64,000 bases of DNA from Babesia bigemina (lineage: Eukaryota), in the NCBI RefSeq assembly GCF_000981445.1, contig NC_027217.1, positions 62,001-126,000 on the forward strand. The letters run 5' to 3'. The position numbers were made by a program, and so were the translations under genes. Positions 21,096-32,500 of this stretch are shown here, piece after piece. Positions within the stretch are counted from its first letter, which is position 1; the number at the start of each line of letters is the position of its first letter. The notes beneath the pieces are model-generated. The model was given only the letters and a program-made list of their open reading frames with translations. It was not told where the DNA came from and ran no database searches.

Positions 21096-24083
21096 TCAGA
21101 CGCTGCTGTAGGTGTTGTGCCCCTGCCCACTGATGTTCCTCGCGATAAGAGCCCGCTTGAGTTGGTTTCTGGGAAAGAATACATTCTTTGCTCTGTTGAC
21201 TGCATTTATGGGCACGCTTTGTGTGTTGGGTGTGCTCGCGGTGACTTCTACGCTCTTGGATTGCGGCTTGATTCTCCTAGAGAAGACGCGTGTTCTTCTT
21301 TCGCTGCATATGGAGGGCTCCCTGGGTGCCGCCCATTGGTACGTCAGGGCCGTGTTGGCATTTAGTAGAGAAAGGTCAATTGGCGCCACTCGGCGTTCCA
21401 CCATGTTGCCGCCCTTGATCTCCTCCAAACCATGACCTAATGCCGCAAAAGACTCGACAAGTCTGCTACTTGAGGCATCCAATTCTTGTTTTCCCCAGTG
21501 GTGGTAGTGGACGTTCTCTTTCCCTTTCCAGAAGTCTCCGTCACACTCCGACTCTTCAACTGACGAGTCGTCATAATCGGAGCCATAACCCCCCTCTAAA
21601 GATATGGCGATGTAAGTGTTGACAACCTTTTCGCCCGCCAACGGCGCGGCGTTTACCGTCGTATCTGTTGCGATAGTGACCCACCAGCTTTCGATTACGC
21701 TTTTGTGCATCGCATGCGCGCACAAGTGTGCCCATTTCACAGTTACTGCTAAAACTCGGTCCGCCGGTACCATGTCAGTAGTCCGCCTGGTGTGGTGCAG
21801 CAGCATGGTGCAGTTAACCAGCCGTTCGCCAAAGTCCGACATGGGACGTTTCGTGATGTCCCTCGCCATTTTTAGATGGGCGCCCCTTGGCACTATTTCC
21901 GGGAACCCGTCTGCACTGGTGATCTGGAAGAGTCCCGCCAAGTATAGAATGGCACTGGCGAGAGTATTATTTGCGTGCCTTGCGAAAGTAGAGGGGTGCC
22001 ATATGATCCCGTTAAGCTTGATCGCCCCGTTCGAGCTGAAGCTTACAGATCCCAGTGTTTCAATCGCCACTCGTACAATGTATCTCATGCACGCCACTTT
22101 CTTTTTGGGCTTGTGCGCCTCCTGTCCGTCGGTCGATATCGCCGATCGTCGCGAGTTCCTCCTGAACAACCCAATCCTTGAAGTGACTTCGTGCTTTATC
22201 CTGCCAGATAGATCGCTGAAAGTGTCATCTATGGCTGCAACGACGTTTTGAATGGCAATCTTGGACCCCTGGTCCCTTCCCGTGGGCATCCAGTCCCACA
22301 TCTTCTTGAAGAAGGGTATGTTTATTTTTGCCGGCACTGGCAAATTTTTCCACTTCAGCAGCGCCTTATAGCCGCCCTTGAGTATCGCCACACCCGTGCA
22401 GGTTCTGGACAGCATCCAATATGTAGCAATGCCCCTATTTAGCGACTCCGTTGACGCCGAGTCGCCCGGGTTTTCAAAGCCGTCGTCCGTAACTATGAGC
22501 CACACCGTGAACGTCTGCGTGTGGTTGAGCCCTCTGGCGAAGTCGTTGAGTTGCGATTCCGTGAGGTATGAGACGTTTGTATCGCCAAAGAAGAACTGCA
22601 GCGTCTCCCCGTAGGTGAGGTATTGGCTCCTGACGTCGATGATGTGGTATGTGAAAGTTGCCTTTCGTGCGATAGCACCCTCAAACCTTGAGGGGAATAT
22701 GAACGACTTCTTCAGTACGTTTGCGTAGAGTTTTTTGAGGTATACGTTGAGCAGCTCGATGTTGAGCCTGTGGCTGATTTCGGCGTGTTGTCTCGGTTCT
22801 GGCAGCATCCTGAGAATCCCCCTGGCAACTACTTGCGATTGCCTGGTCGGCGGCTCTGCAGATCGCGGCGTTTCGTTTTCTTTAAAGATGTCCGAAATGC
22901 CTATTTGCACTACATTTTTTGGTTGCAGGTCGTGGTTTTTGTATAGTATAAGCGGGCTTCTGTTGTACAGGAAGTTGGACATTTTGAGTATGGGCAGTAT
23001 GGGGAACTCCGCCATTTCGCACTCCTTGTCGTTGAGTGTGTCGTACAGGTTGCGGGAGACGTTGATGAGTTCCTCCGGAGTGAGCTGTATCTTTTTCGAG
23101 TTTGTCACCGCCAGCGTCATGGTTTCCTCGTCAAACTCCTCCTCGAACAGATTGAAATTTGGATGCGAGAGCTTCTGGTTTTTCTGCAGGCGGTACGTCA
23201 AGTATCCCCTGATCCCGAGGTATCCCAGCTCGTGGTACATGAACGCCGTCATGCACCCTGCGCTGCAGAGCATGGCCGTGTACGCGTACGCGAGCGCGAC
23301 GTATGCGCATCCGAACCTGTAGAATCCCAGCGTAAGGAACCAGTTGATGTTCCACGAATTTGAGTCGGACAACCGCTCGAGTTCAGTTGCTGCCCTGGGG
23401 AAGAAGAAGAGGAACATGAGCCTCCACTTTGCCGCCATTTTGCCCGCATCAGTGACGATGTTTTCATCCGTTGTTCGCATGAGTATCGAGGCGAACCTCC
23501 ATATGAGCTTCTCCAGTATCGCGGCCAACTCTCCGACAGTCGGCTTGGGCTTGAGTCGCACTAGCGCCGCCGCGACGTCGTGCAGCCCCTGCCAGTATCC
23601 CACGTTGTTGACGAGGCAGAATACCAGCAGCGCCTGCCGCACTCGTCGCATGTCTTCGTGATCGGATATCCACTGCTGTCTCGAGATGTCCAGCTCTATG
23701 GTGTCCAGGTCGAGGTTGTCGCTGGCCATGGCATGTAGTCCGTTCTCCTGTATCGCGGCGCTTACGCGTTCCAGCTCCGCCGGGCGCATCCTCTCCACCT
23801 TGAGGGCGACCGTCCACCTGTGCTTGGAGGCAAAAAAGCCGTGTAGCAGCAGGGAGAGCCTGCGCTTGATTTGTCTATCGCAGCCGCAGTCGCAGGTGCC
23901 TGCATCATTTGCCGGCTCCGGCGGCTCCCCGCGGTCCACATGGCGGCTGTTCCGCACCCTCCTCTTAGCGGCCGGCCGTATGACCCTCTTTTCCCTTATT
24001 CCGTCGTGGTGCGTCTTGGTTTTGCGCGCTCCGCCACTCGGCTCCAGCCGTACGGCGTGAGTGCCCGCGCGGCGTCGGAGCAT
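21096..24083 (-). CDS. TBC (Rab-GAP) domain + rhodanese-like domain protein, 995 aa
   Basis: TIELDISR (IxxDxxR), GYWQGLHDVAA (YxQG) and INWFLTLG; rhodanese-like IIDVRS ... VAILKGGYKA. Confidence 0.8.
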   Translation of the reverse strand: MLRRRAGTHAVRLEPSGGARKTKTHHDGIREKRVIRPAAKRRVRNSRHVDRGEPPEPANDAGTCDCGCDRQIKRRLSLLLHGFFASKHRWTVALKVERMRPAELERVSAAIQENGLHAMASDNLDLDTIELDISRQQWISDHEDMRRVRQALLVFCLVNNVGYWQGLHDVAAALVRLKPKPTVGELAAILEKLIWRFASILMRTTDENIVTDAGKMAAKWRLMFLFFFPRAATELERLSDSNSWNINWFLTLGFYRFGCAYVALAYAYTAMLCSAGCMTAFMYHELGYLGIRGYLTYRLQKNQKLSHPNFNLFEEEFDEETMTLAVTNSKKIQLTPEELINVSRNLYDTLNDKECEMAEFPILPILKMSNFLYNRSPLILYKNHDLQPKNVVQIGISDIFKENETPRSAEPPTRQSQVVARGILRMLPEPRQHAEISHRLNIELLNVYLKKLYANVLKKSFIFPSRFEGAIARKATFTYHIIDVRSQYLTYGETLQFFFGDTNVSYLTESQLNDFARGLNHTQTFTVWLIVTDDGFENPGDSASTESLNRGIATYWMLSRTCTGVAILKGGYKALLKWKNLPVPAKINIPFFKKMWDWMPTGRDQGSKIAIQNVVAAIDDTFSDLSGRIKHEVTSRIGLFRRNSRRSAISTDGQEAHKPKKKVACMRYIVRVAIETLGSVSFSSNGAIKLNGIIWHPSTFARHANNTLASAILYLAGLFQITSADGFPEIVPRGAHLKMARDITKRPMSDFGERLVNCTMLLHHTRRTTDMVPADRVLAVTVKWAHLCAHAMHKSVIESWWVTIATDTTVNAAPLAGEKVVNTYIAISLEGGYGSDYDDSSVEESECDGDFWKGKENVHYHHWGKQELDASSSRLVESFAALGHGLEEIKGGNMVERRVAPIDLSLLNANTALTYQWAAPREPSICSERRTRVFSRRIKPQSKSVEVTASTPNTQSVPINAVNRAKNVFFPRNQLKRALIARNISGQGHNTYSSV

Positions 24084-24397
24084 TGCGTCTATGGTGGCAC
24101 GTACACCTTCAGCGTTGTCTCTTCGATCATTGTTTTGTCGCTGCTACGGATGTGTACGCGCGCGGAGCAGAATGCGTTACACATCCAGCCCCCACGGCTG
24201 CGTGTCACCTCCGCGTTAGTGTCTACAGTGCGCCTCTGCTTTTATATATCCCATCGTACAATAATTAAAACACATGTGCTAAAAGTGTTGTCAGTGCGCG
24301 TATTGCGCGCTTCTGTATGTTGCGTTCGCTGCTGGTGGAGCGAGTAATGTTACACATTGCGTCGTGCCTTGGCTGCGTTTCGCGCAGGCGCTGTGGG

Positions 24398-25715
24398 TCA
24401 CAGATACCTCTTCCTGAGTAGCGCGGTCTGCCTGGCCGAGAGTCGTCGCTCTTCGCCGTAGTAGTCATTGGTATTGTTGTCTACGGAGTACCTCTGTATG
24501 TCGTCTGCGAAGTCCCTGAGTCCCGCTGCGGAGCTGCTGATGACCGAAGCGTCGTTTTGGTTGTGTGACCAGGTGGAAGCGCCGAATTGCCGCTTGTTTG
24601 AGGTGCAGAGGCTGCGCTGCACGAGCCTGTTTCCGTGCTGCCGTAGCGCCTCGTACATGACGTCGTTGGGTAGGTCTGCGATAGGTACGAGTTGGGAGAA
24701 GTTCGCTGATGGGCAGTGCTTCTTATCTGCATTTTGGCTCGCTTGCTGTTGATGTTGCTGTTGCGGTTCGGGCTCCGGCTGCTGCTTGTTTGCTTCTATT
24801 GCCTCCAGCCTTTTCTTCTTGATCTGCTCCATCATGGAATCCTCGTCCGCGTCGTCCACTACCGCGCAGCAGCATTCACAGAGCCACGTAAATTGTCGGT
24901 CCATCTGCGCCAGCTCCTCGTCGTTATCGAAGTCCGCCTTGAATATGCCAAGGGCGTCAAGGTCGAACTCCTCCTGCTCGAGCCTCGAGAGCGTTTGCGT
25001 GCGCATGATTTTGGTAAACGATTCGGGTTCTGCATATGCGTTAGTAAGTGCCACGGATGCGTATTCCCACTTTTTTTATCTATGCACACGTGCCCAGCTG
25101 GGGTTTTGCCGAACACCTCGACCAACGACAGCAGTGACACCACTACTCACAGTCACGCTGTTATACGCAATGATACCACCATACACGTGAGACACACAGG
25201 CATGTACATGGCACGGGCTTGTGAAACTGTGTGTTCTTTTCCCGTTGCTTTACAGAACCTTATGGATGTCGACCTACCCATCTTGGTATGCGCGGCGATG
25301 ATCTCGTATGTGAGTATGGTGTTTTCGTTGACTGTGTGCAGTATGACGTAGGCATGCATCATGTACTCCGGCAGCGACATCTTGTCTGCGTGCTTGGCTT
25401 TGAACCTTCCGATGGCGTTGAGCAGCACGCTCTTCCTCTTGACCAGCTGCTCGTCTGCGCACTGTGTACGACATTGTGTGCAGACGTACCGAATCCACGC
25501 ATGTTATCTTCATCTTCTTCCTCGTCTGGGTAGCTGAGTCGTTGCCGAACGATACTGTTAGCCCCGTCCGATGGCGTGTCGGTGTGTGCTGTCGTGAGCG
25601 AGTTCAGCCTGGTGGCTGCGTGCTCTTGCTGTCCGTCATCTTCCGGAAGGTAGAATGATTCCGGCTGGTAACGCGCGTCCGTGTGGTCTGCAATGTGCGG
25701 TAGTATTGCGGACAT
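24398..25715 (-). CDS. Hypothetical multi-exon protein
   Basis: ORF pieces 25359-25715, 25153-25428 and 24398-25054 with coding-like codon use. The first two join in frame across the intron gtacgtctgc...gtgcgcag (~25455-25490). No family recognised. Confidence 0.6.
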
Positions 25716-26098
25716 TTTCTTGGCGCGTGTACAAGGTGGACCTTCCGCCTACTATACGCACACCGTGTTCGAGCTTTTGCGAAGTTCTATGACCACGTCT
25801 GGTCTACTGTTGCGTTACGATATGCCGCTGCGCTACGCGTTATGTCTACGTCCGTTCCCTGGCGTTTGTAGACAGGGAATCTCGTTGCGCACGGAATTGC
25901 GTTGCAACACTCACACACGTGCGATGTGTGGTCAGCTTCGCGACGCTGCTCGAGCGCGTACGCCAACAGTCGAGGGTATATCGATCGGCTATGCTGTATT
26001 GCGTGACAAAATTGGCATCGTTTATGGGGGTTTGCACGCGCCGTAGTGCGGTATTGTACGGTCTCTGCTGGCGTCAGCGCATCGCAGTGTCCTGCACT

Positions 26099-26676
26099 TC
26101 ACTTATTCTGGGCTTCGTCGGCGTCCGCGCGTTTGTCGCGTTTGCGATCGTTTTGTTTCGTCCTTCTCTCGAGTGATTCCATGCGCATCATGAAGCGGCG
26201 CCGTACTTCTTCTGCTTCAAGGGCTTCCTTTTCGCCTTTCTTCCGGTTCTTCTTGTGTGCCTATTACACATTAGTACGCCCTTTACGTGCGTGTGACCCT
26301 TTTCGTGGTCGCTGTAGACTCGGTGCACTCGTGTCTTACCTTGCTGTCTAAATGCTTCTTCACGGCGTCCTCGTTAAGCATCGTCTTCCCCTTACATACT
26401 TTGCACTTTGCGACTTTTCCTCCCGTCATATAGACTATAAGGTCGTCATCTGCGCGTTAATGAGTCTGTCGCGTCTTGTTGCTCACCCTTTTGCGATTGT
26501 TCCGCCGTTTCATCGCTTTCCACTGTTTCCACATTTCTGCGTTTGCTCGGCTTTTGTGTACGCTCGGATTGCAGATGTGCTGCAATTTCCGTGAGTACGG
26601 CGTAGTCCGTTTCCTCCGCTGTATCGGCTTCCGGCAAGGGTGCCGTACAGGCGTAGACATAAGCGCGCTTAAACAT
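26099..26676 (-). CDS. Small (153 aa) C2H2/matrin-U1-type zinc-finger protein, 3 exons
   Basis: Exons 26676-26487, 26449-26340 and 26260-26099, with GT-AG introns of 37 and 79 nt, splice in frame to give KCKVCKGKTMLNEDAVKKHLDSKAHKKN plus a charged helix. Confidence 0.75.
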
Positions 26677-26684
26677 GTAATCGA

Positions 26685-27888
26685 CTATTCGGTTAATTGT
26701 TTTGTGTCATCGGTGCGAGCCCGTGTGGGAATCCACGTTTGGAACGCCTCCTCCCACGTGCTGTTGTTCGCCCTCATTATAAGTATTTCGAAAACGGCGC
26801 ATACATTGAGCACCCTTTTCTTGCAGTTGGGGAAGTATTTCTGCGGTGTCTTAGGTCGGCTTTCGCTGTGCTTACCTTGATCGGCAGGGCCATCGCCGTG
26901 ACCCCGCGTTCCTTGGCCTGTGTGAGTGTGGTCTTCTTTTTCACGTTAACGTCGACCAGTCCCCCGATGATGTAAACCTTGTCATGCTCCACTTCCTCGA
27001 TGCATTCTTCCGCGTCCGGGGTCAGTACAACCACATTTTGCGTGTCGAACAGCTCCCAGTAGTTTTGGCTGTGGATGTGCACCTGCCGGTAGTGTGTGTA
27101 AAAAGTGCAGACACCAACCTTCCAGGCATCAACGTTGAAGAACTGCATGTGCTTGTACAGTACAGTGTCTTTGCTCATTCCAGTGATGATAAGTTTGACC
27201 TGCCTTCTGTCATCGACATAAATTGCTACCTACCTTCGCCTCGTTCTTTTTGATTTTGCTGTACATTCCTGCGATTTGCCTGGCTAGACTCTTGGATTCC
27301 TGCATCTGTGTGTATTTCACTGCCATATTTGCCTACCTTTTCGTTCATGAACTCGTGGAAGGTGCAGTTGATGCATATGGGCATGCCGTTTTCGTATGCG
27401 TCCTGTATGAACGCCTGCTGCTGCAGCTTCTTTTCCTCCGCCATTTGCTTTTCTCGTAAAAAGAACGCACTGCGTTCCTCTGCATGTAGATATATCGATG
27501 TTCACACGGATATGGCTCCAGAGTTCCAGACATGAACTGTCAGCTGCCGTCATTCCACGCAGAAGCACGCCATCACTAATGTTGCAAACTTACCCTCTGT
27601 CATTCCACTGAGTAATTCACTACGCGCTTGCTGTTCCCTTTTCCTTGTTTCTCTGCGGTTCCTGTGCCGTTTTTCTCTGCGCCATTCTCTATAGCGTGCT
27701 TTAGCCAACGCCTTCTTTTGGCTTTTAGACAATCGGACAGGCTTGCCTTCTGGATCCTCTCCATCTGTGTCAACATCTTCGAAGTCGCTTCCCGATGCAT
27801 CGCCAGGTGCTTCGATATACTCTGGATTCTGGCCGTCGTCGGTCGCGCCGATATTGGCGTCTGCCTCACTGTCCACAAGGGCTGTCAT
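26685..27888 (-). CDS. TRM10: tRNA m1G9/m1A9 methyltransferase Trm10, multi-exon
   Basis: LSKSQKKALAK basic N-terminus; ICINCTFHEFMNEK|ESKSLARQI; VVLTPDAEE; KVYIIGGLVD; AMALPIK; VLNVCAVFEIL; WEEAFQTWIPTR. Stop TAG at 26685-26687. Confidence 0.9.
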
Positions 27889-28493
27889 TTGTGCACTATT
27901 TTGAGCGACAAGTATGAGGTGTCTTCTACCGGTTTGAATAGTTTAACGAACTCCTCTTTGTTGATATTGCGTTTGAACTTGATATTTTCGTGTTTGAGTA
28001 ACACTTCAAGCACCTTTTGGTCGAACTCTCCGTTGTTTGGCGCAGCAAGAAAGTGTTTCAGATCAGAGGTGGTGAGTTTGTCCTGTTTTTGCCAATCTAG
28101 CACGTCGTATAGCTCCTCCAGCTTCGGCACAATAAGCTGATTAGGTGTGGTTGCCGGTTCGTGTTGGATGTCAACGTGATCCTGTACGATTTTGTTGTTG
28201 ATGAGTTGCACGAATTGGTCGACGTTGATGTACTCTATTTTATGTTTTGCCAACTGGCGTCTGATCGCTCTATCCTCCGCTGCGGTGAATACGCATCCCA
28301 ACTGCCTCGCCACGTTTACGAAATCCTGTGCTTTGATGGTTCCTATAGAGTGAGCTTGTGCTTCGTCGGCTTGCCAGGGCTTGATGCAGTTCAGTGCAAA
28401 TACATCTGTTATCTCGTGCAGTATCTGCCTGGTTAGCGTGTCTAGTTCGACCTTTGCGTCCTTATGACGGTGTCTAGGTCTGCGATCGCCCAT
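27885..28493 (-). CDS. Calmodulin/centrin-like protein with degenerate EF-hands
   Basis: Four EF-like helix-loop-helix units: GTIKAQDFVNVARQLG, YINVDQFVQLI, LEELYDVLDWQKQDKLTTSDLKHFL and NINKEEFVKLF. Confidence 0.7.
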   Translation of the reverse strand: MGDRRPRHRHKDAKVELDTLTRQILHEITDVFALNCIKPWQADEAQAHSIGTIKAQDFVNVARQLGCVFTAAEDRAIRRQLAKHKIEYINVDQFVQLINNKIVQDHVDIQHEPATTPNQLIVPKLEELYDVLDWQKQDKLTTSDLKHFLAAPNNGEFDQKVLEVLLKHENIKFKRNINKEEFVKLFKPVEDTSYLSLKIVHK

Positions 28494-29093
28494 CGATACT
28501 GGGTGTGTGGGATATCACGTTTCCGGAGCTCCGAGACTCATTACCAGGCCCGAACCACCGCAAACTTCCTCCTACAGATATCAAGTGTCAATAAAAGTAC
28601 GGGAGCTGCAATGTGTGGATGCCACACCGCTTTATGGCTATAGTTGTGGGTAGCGTCTATATACAAGTTGCATTAGTATAAAGTTACACATAATCGTCGC
28701 CACCCAATTTAACAGACTATTCTCTCACATCATAAGTACACACTCAACATTTCATCACTAGCACTAATCTACCTGGGCGTTAAACGGTAATATCAGCTGG
28801 ATTCCTTTGGCGCGTTGATGCTTGTATCAACTGTTCGCCTACGGCATCAGCATCGCGTTTCTGCACCATGATACAATACACAATGAATGAATTTTGAAAG
28901 CCATCGTGATAAGTGGCGTCTACAGCTACTTAGTGACCCTAATTCTACCTATCGAAGTACGTTAGTCAGGCAGTCGCGCTTTCACTTATCGTACGCTCGT
29001 CTACCACAATATAAGCGCAGATCGTTCTTTCGAAATTGCACCTTTGCACACGTGTTATATTTCTGATATTTGCAATCGTCTGAATCTGCAAAG

Positions 29094-29415
29094 ATGTCGA
29101 AGGATTCCACTGCTGCCCCGGCGGAGGTGAACGCCGCGCTGAACTTGCTGGTTCTCACGATGCTCAACGAGGTGAGTGCAGTTTCGTACTAGCTGACACT
29201 ATGTTAGCAAGTGAAGAAGGTTTGCTTTGGAAAATGCTTCGGCAACAAATTCGGCGACGTGATGAACAAGAACGAACAGATTTGCCTTGCCAAGTGCATG
29301 GACCGTATGTAGGTTGTTTTTTGGCGCCCGTAGCATCCGCTGCAGGTACGAAGCGCACACCATCCTCTCGCAAGCTGCCGCCGAAGCTGCGAACAACATC
29401 GCGAAGAATGAGTAG
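29094..29415 (+). CDS. Small Tim chaperone (Tim10/DDP family, Tim13/Tim8-like), 3 exons
   Basis: Exons 29094-29171, 29208-29308 and 29346-29415 (introns of 36 and 37 nt) give MSKDSTAAPAEVNAALNLLVLTMLNEQVKKVCFGKCFGNKFGDVMNKNEQICLAKCMDRMYEAHTILSQAAAEAANNIAKNE, a twin CX3C motif. Absent from the ORF track. Confidence 0.9.
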
Positions 29416-29563
29416 CGCCGTTGTGTGAAAGTTTGTTGGTAATTTGGTTGTGGTCCGGTCACCCACAGTTGCACGCTGACTTTACGTGTTCTTTTGCGCG
29501 TGTCTGTTGTATATTTTCTTCATGCGTTGACTATAGTTTGGTTTTACGTGTTTGGCTGCTACG

Positions 29564-32500
29564 ATGGGTATTAAGGGTCTGTGGGATGCCGTTGCTGCGG
29601 CTGGCGTCTCCTCTCGTGTGGAGATGCTGCGCGGCAAGAAAGTGGCCATCGACGCCAGCTTTTGGATCGGTCACTGCATTGCGTCTGAGACTGCTGAGCG
29701 CCGTGGCCAAGACGTGTATGGAGTGTTCTTTTTGCGCATCTGCTATCTGTTGGAGAAGCGTATCTACCCGATATTTGTTTTTGATGGCCGCACTCCCGGT
29801 GCCAAGCGCCGTACTCTGTTGTTACGTAACATGTCACGTGCGCAGCGTACCCGCAATTTGAGGCTTTTGGCTTTCAAGGCACTGGCCGTTCAGATGAAGC
29901 ATCTTGCGAAGTCTGGCAACGACCGCGTGTTTAAACCGTCCAGCTTCATGAAACGCAAGAAAGGGTTTTCATCGAAAGAGCTGCGCGCCATAGCGGCGGA
30001 TTTAGAAGTGGTTGCTGAACCGAGTGCCTCTGAGCCCGTCCCGGCGCTCGCCATTGAGGATGTTGTGGCTGAATCGTCGCCCAAGGAAGATAAACTGTTC
30101 TCTTCAGATGATGAATTTGAGGATACCCCTGCACTCGATATTGCCCCGATCGCTGATGTACCTGCTGAAGGAGGCCCCCGTCGCATCGATATCCTGACGA
30201 TGCCTCAATCGTACAAATCGCTGAAAATGCGGGCTCGGTCAGGTGCGAACGTGGACTTGAGTTCCGCGTCCGGTGGTAACGAGCTCGACAGTTCGTATTT
30301 TGACGTCAGCTCTGGGTCCCGCAGCCATGGCCACGGTGTCGGGCGTTCTAAGCGTACGATTGAGCTCCCCCTCGACTGCTCCATAAACCCCGAGAGCTAT
30401 GAGCAGTTGCCGAGCGACGTGCGTTACCAGATAATGAACCAGATTAAAGACGCATGGATGTACGACGACCGCGTAAACTTGCTTCGCCACAAATCGGCGC
30501 TGAACGAGTTTTCTAATTTGCAGGTGGAGAGTTACCTGCGTGATGTGGAGATTAACCGAGAGATCGAGAAGATCAAGCGGTCCCTCATCCGCGAAACGAT
30601 GCCGAGCGGTGCGTTGAAGAGCGACTGCGACGTGAACTTCGACCAGGCAAAGGTAGAGGCTCTGGAGGATGAGATCCACGACTACAATGTTGCGGAGGGC
30701 AAGTCTCGCCGTAAGCGCCGCTTTTTGAACGACCTGAGTGAGAACATGCAACCGGACCTTTACAACTTCGCCGTAGCCCCAAATGTGAAAACCGAGCCGG
30801 TGGAGGTCGACGATTCGCTGTTTCTGCGCGATTCGGAGATTTTCGGCGACCTGGTAAAGTCGGAGTCGGAGGACGAGTTCGAGGTAACGGACGAGCGATT
30901 TCCTCGAAAACCCGTTGACGACTTTGAAGTGCTGGATGAGACTCCAGCCGTATTATGGTCACCGAAATCAATTGCTGGAGCAATCCAGCAGTCTTCAGAA
31001 ATACCCGGCGCAGCCTCCGCCATTATGGATTCTTGTGGCGTTGCCTCCGAGCCATCTGCAATACCATCTGAAGACCCAACTAAAGATGAAATACCTCATA
31101 AATGTGCCAATGGCCTTTTATCCGACACCGGTATCGAGACGTATCCATTGTATAATGACATTGTCCATGAAGGTACCTGTATGGGCACTGTCGCCTCCAA
31201 TCCAGACAGCGACGAAGAACAACATAACTCATCCTCCCATTCCCCCGGTTACTTATCGGAGGCTTCTGGAGATTCCGATGCGGGTAGTAAAAGTTTATCT
31301 GATATTGGCGACGACATGTCTGAGCTGGGTTCGGATGAAGCGCTTGAAATAAGCTCATCTTCCGAATCCTGTGATGAGCCGGTCCCCAGCAGCCAAAAAG
31401 AGTCTATTGGCTCACCCGAATTCGATGATGAGGGTTGGAATATCGATGATGATGAGGATGTTGTGTCAGTTGCCACCGAAGGGGATACCGGGATACCGCC
31501 TGATGACGACGAGGACGTTTCACCCGCCAACGTAGGTTCAGACGCACAAGACGCACCCGAATCAGCCGAACAGTGTCATAAGGAATCAGAGGATTCGTCT
31601 CGGATTAGTGCAGAGGCAGCCAATGAGGATTCTGCCGCTGCGGATGATGCTACTGCAGCCAGCGAGAGCATTGTCGCCTCCGGCCCGGCTCCCATGTACA
31701 ACAACGAGTGGCAGTATCGCGACTTTTTGCGTATGGAAAAACTGTTCAGCCACGCAGAGCGCAGCACGTACCGCATGGATGAGTGGGATAAGGTTCCCGA
31801 GCTGCTGGATCTGTTCGGTCTGCCATTTCTGGTTGCCCCGTCTGAGGCCGAGGCGCAATGTGCCCATTTGAACAAGATTGGCCTGTGTTTCGGCGTAATC
31901 TCTGACGACTCCGACACTCTGGCATTTGGAGCGAAGCGTGTTTTCAAGAGATTCTACAGTGGCCAGATATTTGAATCGTACGTATCCGAGCGTGTGGTGC
32001 GTGAGTTGGGCCTTGGTCAAGAGCAGATTGCCCTTTTGGCCATCATTTGCGGGTGCGACTACACTCCCGGAGTGCGTGGAATAGGTGTTGTTAACGCCCT
32101 GGAGGTGATTAAGGCGTTTCCGACCTTCGATGAGCTGTACGAGTTCCGCAGGTGGGCGACTAGCGACGTGGACCTGGCCACGGTAACTGATGACCCTTGC
32201 CCTATAAAGCGCGCCTACAAGGAGTCGCACGTGAATTACCGCCTGCACTGGTCGTTCAGCAGCGACTTCCCGAATCGCGAGGCGTACAACCTGTTCCTGT
32301 CGCCGGTGGTGTCTAGCACGTTCGACCCTCGGTGGCGCGCGCCGAGGTTCGAGGAAGTGAAGCGTTTCATGGCCAAACATTCGTCACTGCCTGAGTCTGA
32401 GGTGGATACGTGTTTGTCCAAGCTGCGCGTGAAGGACAACTTCGAAGGCTACATTTTGGAGGACTTCGTGCCAGAGATCCACGCAGGCTCGCACCGCAAA

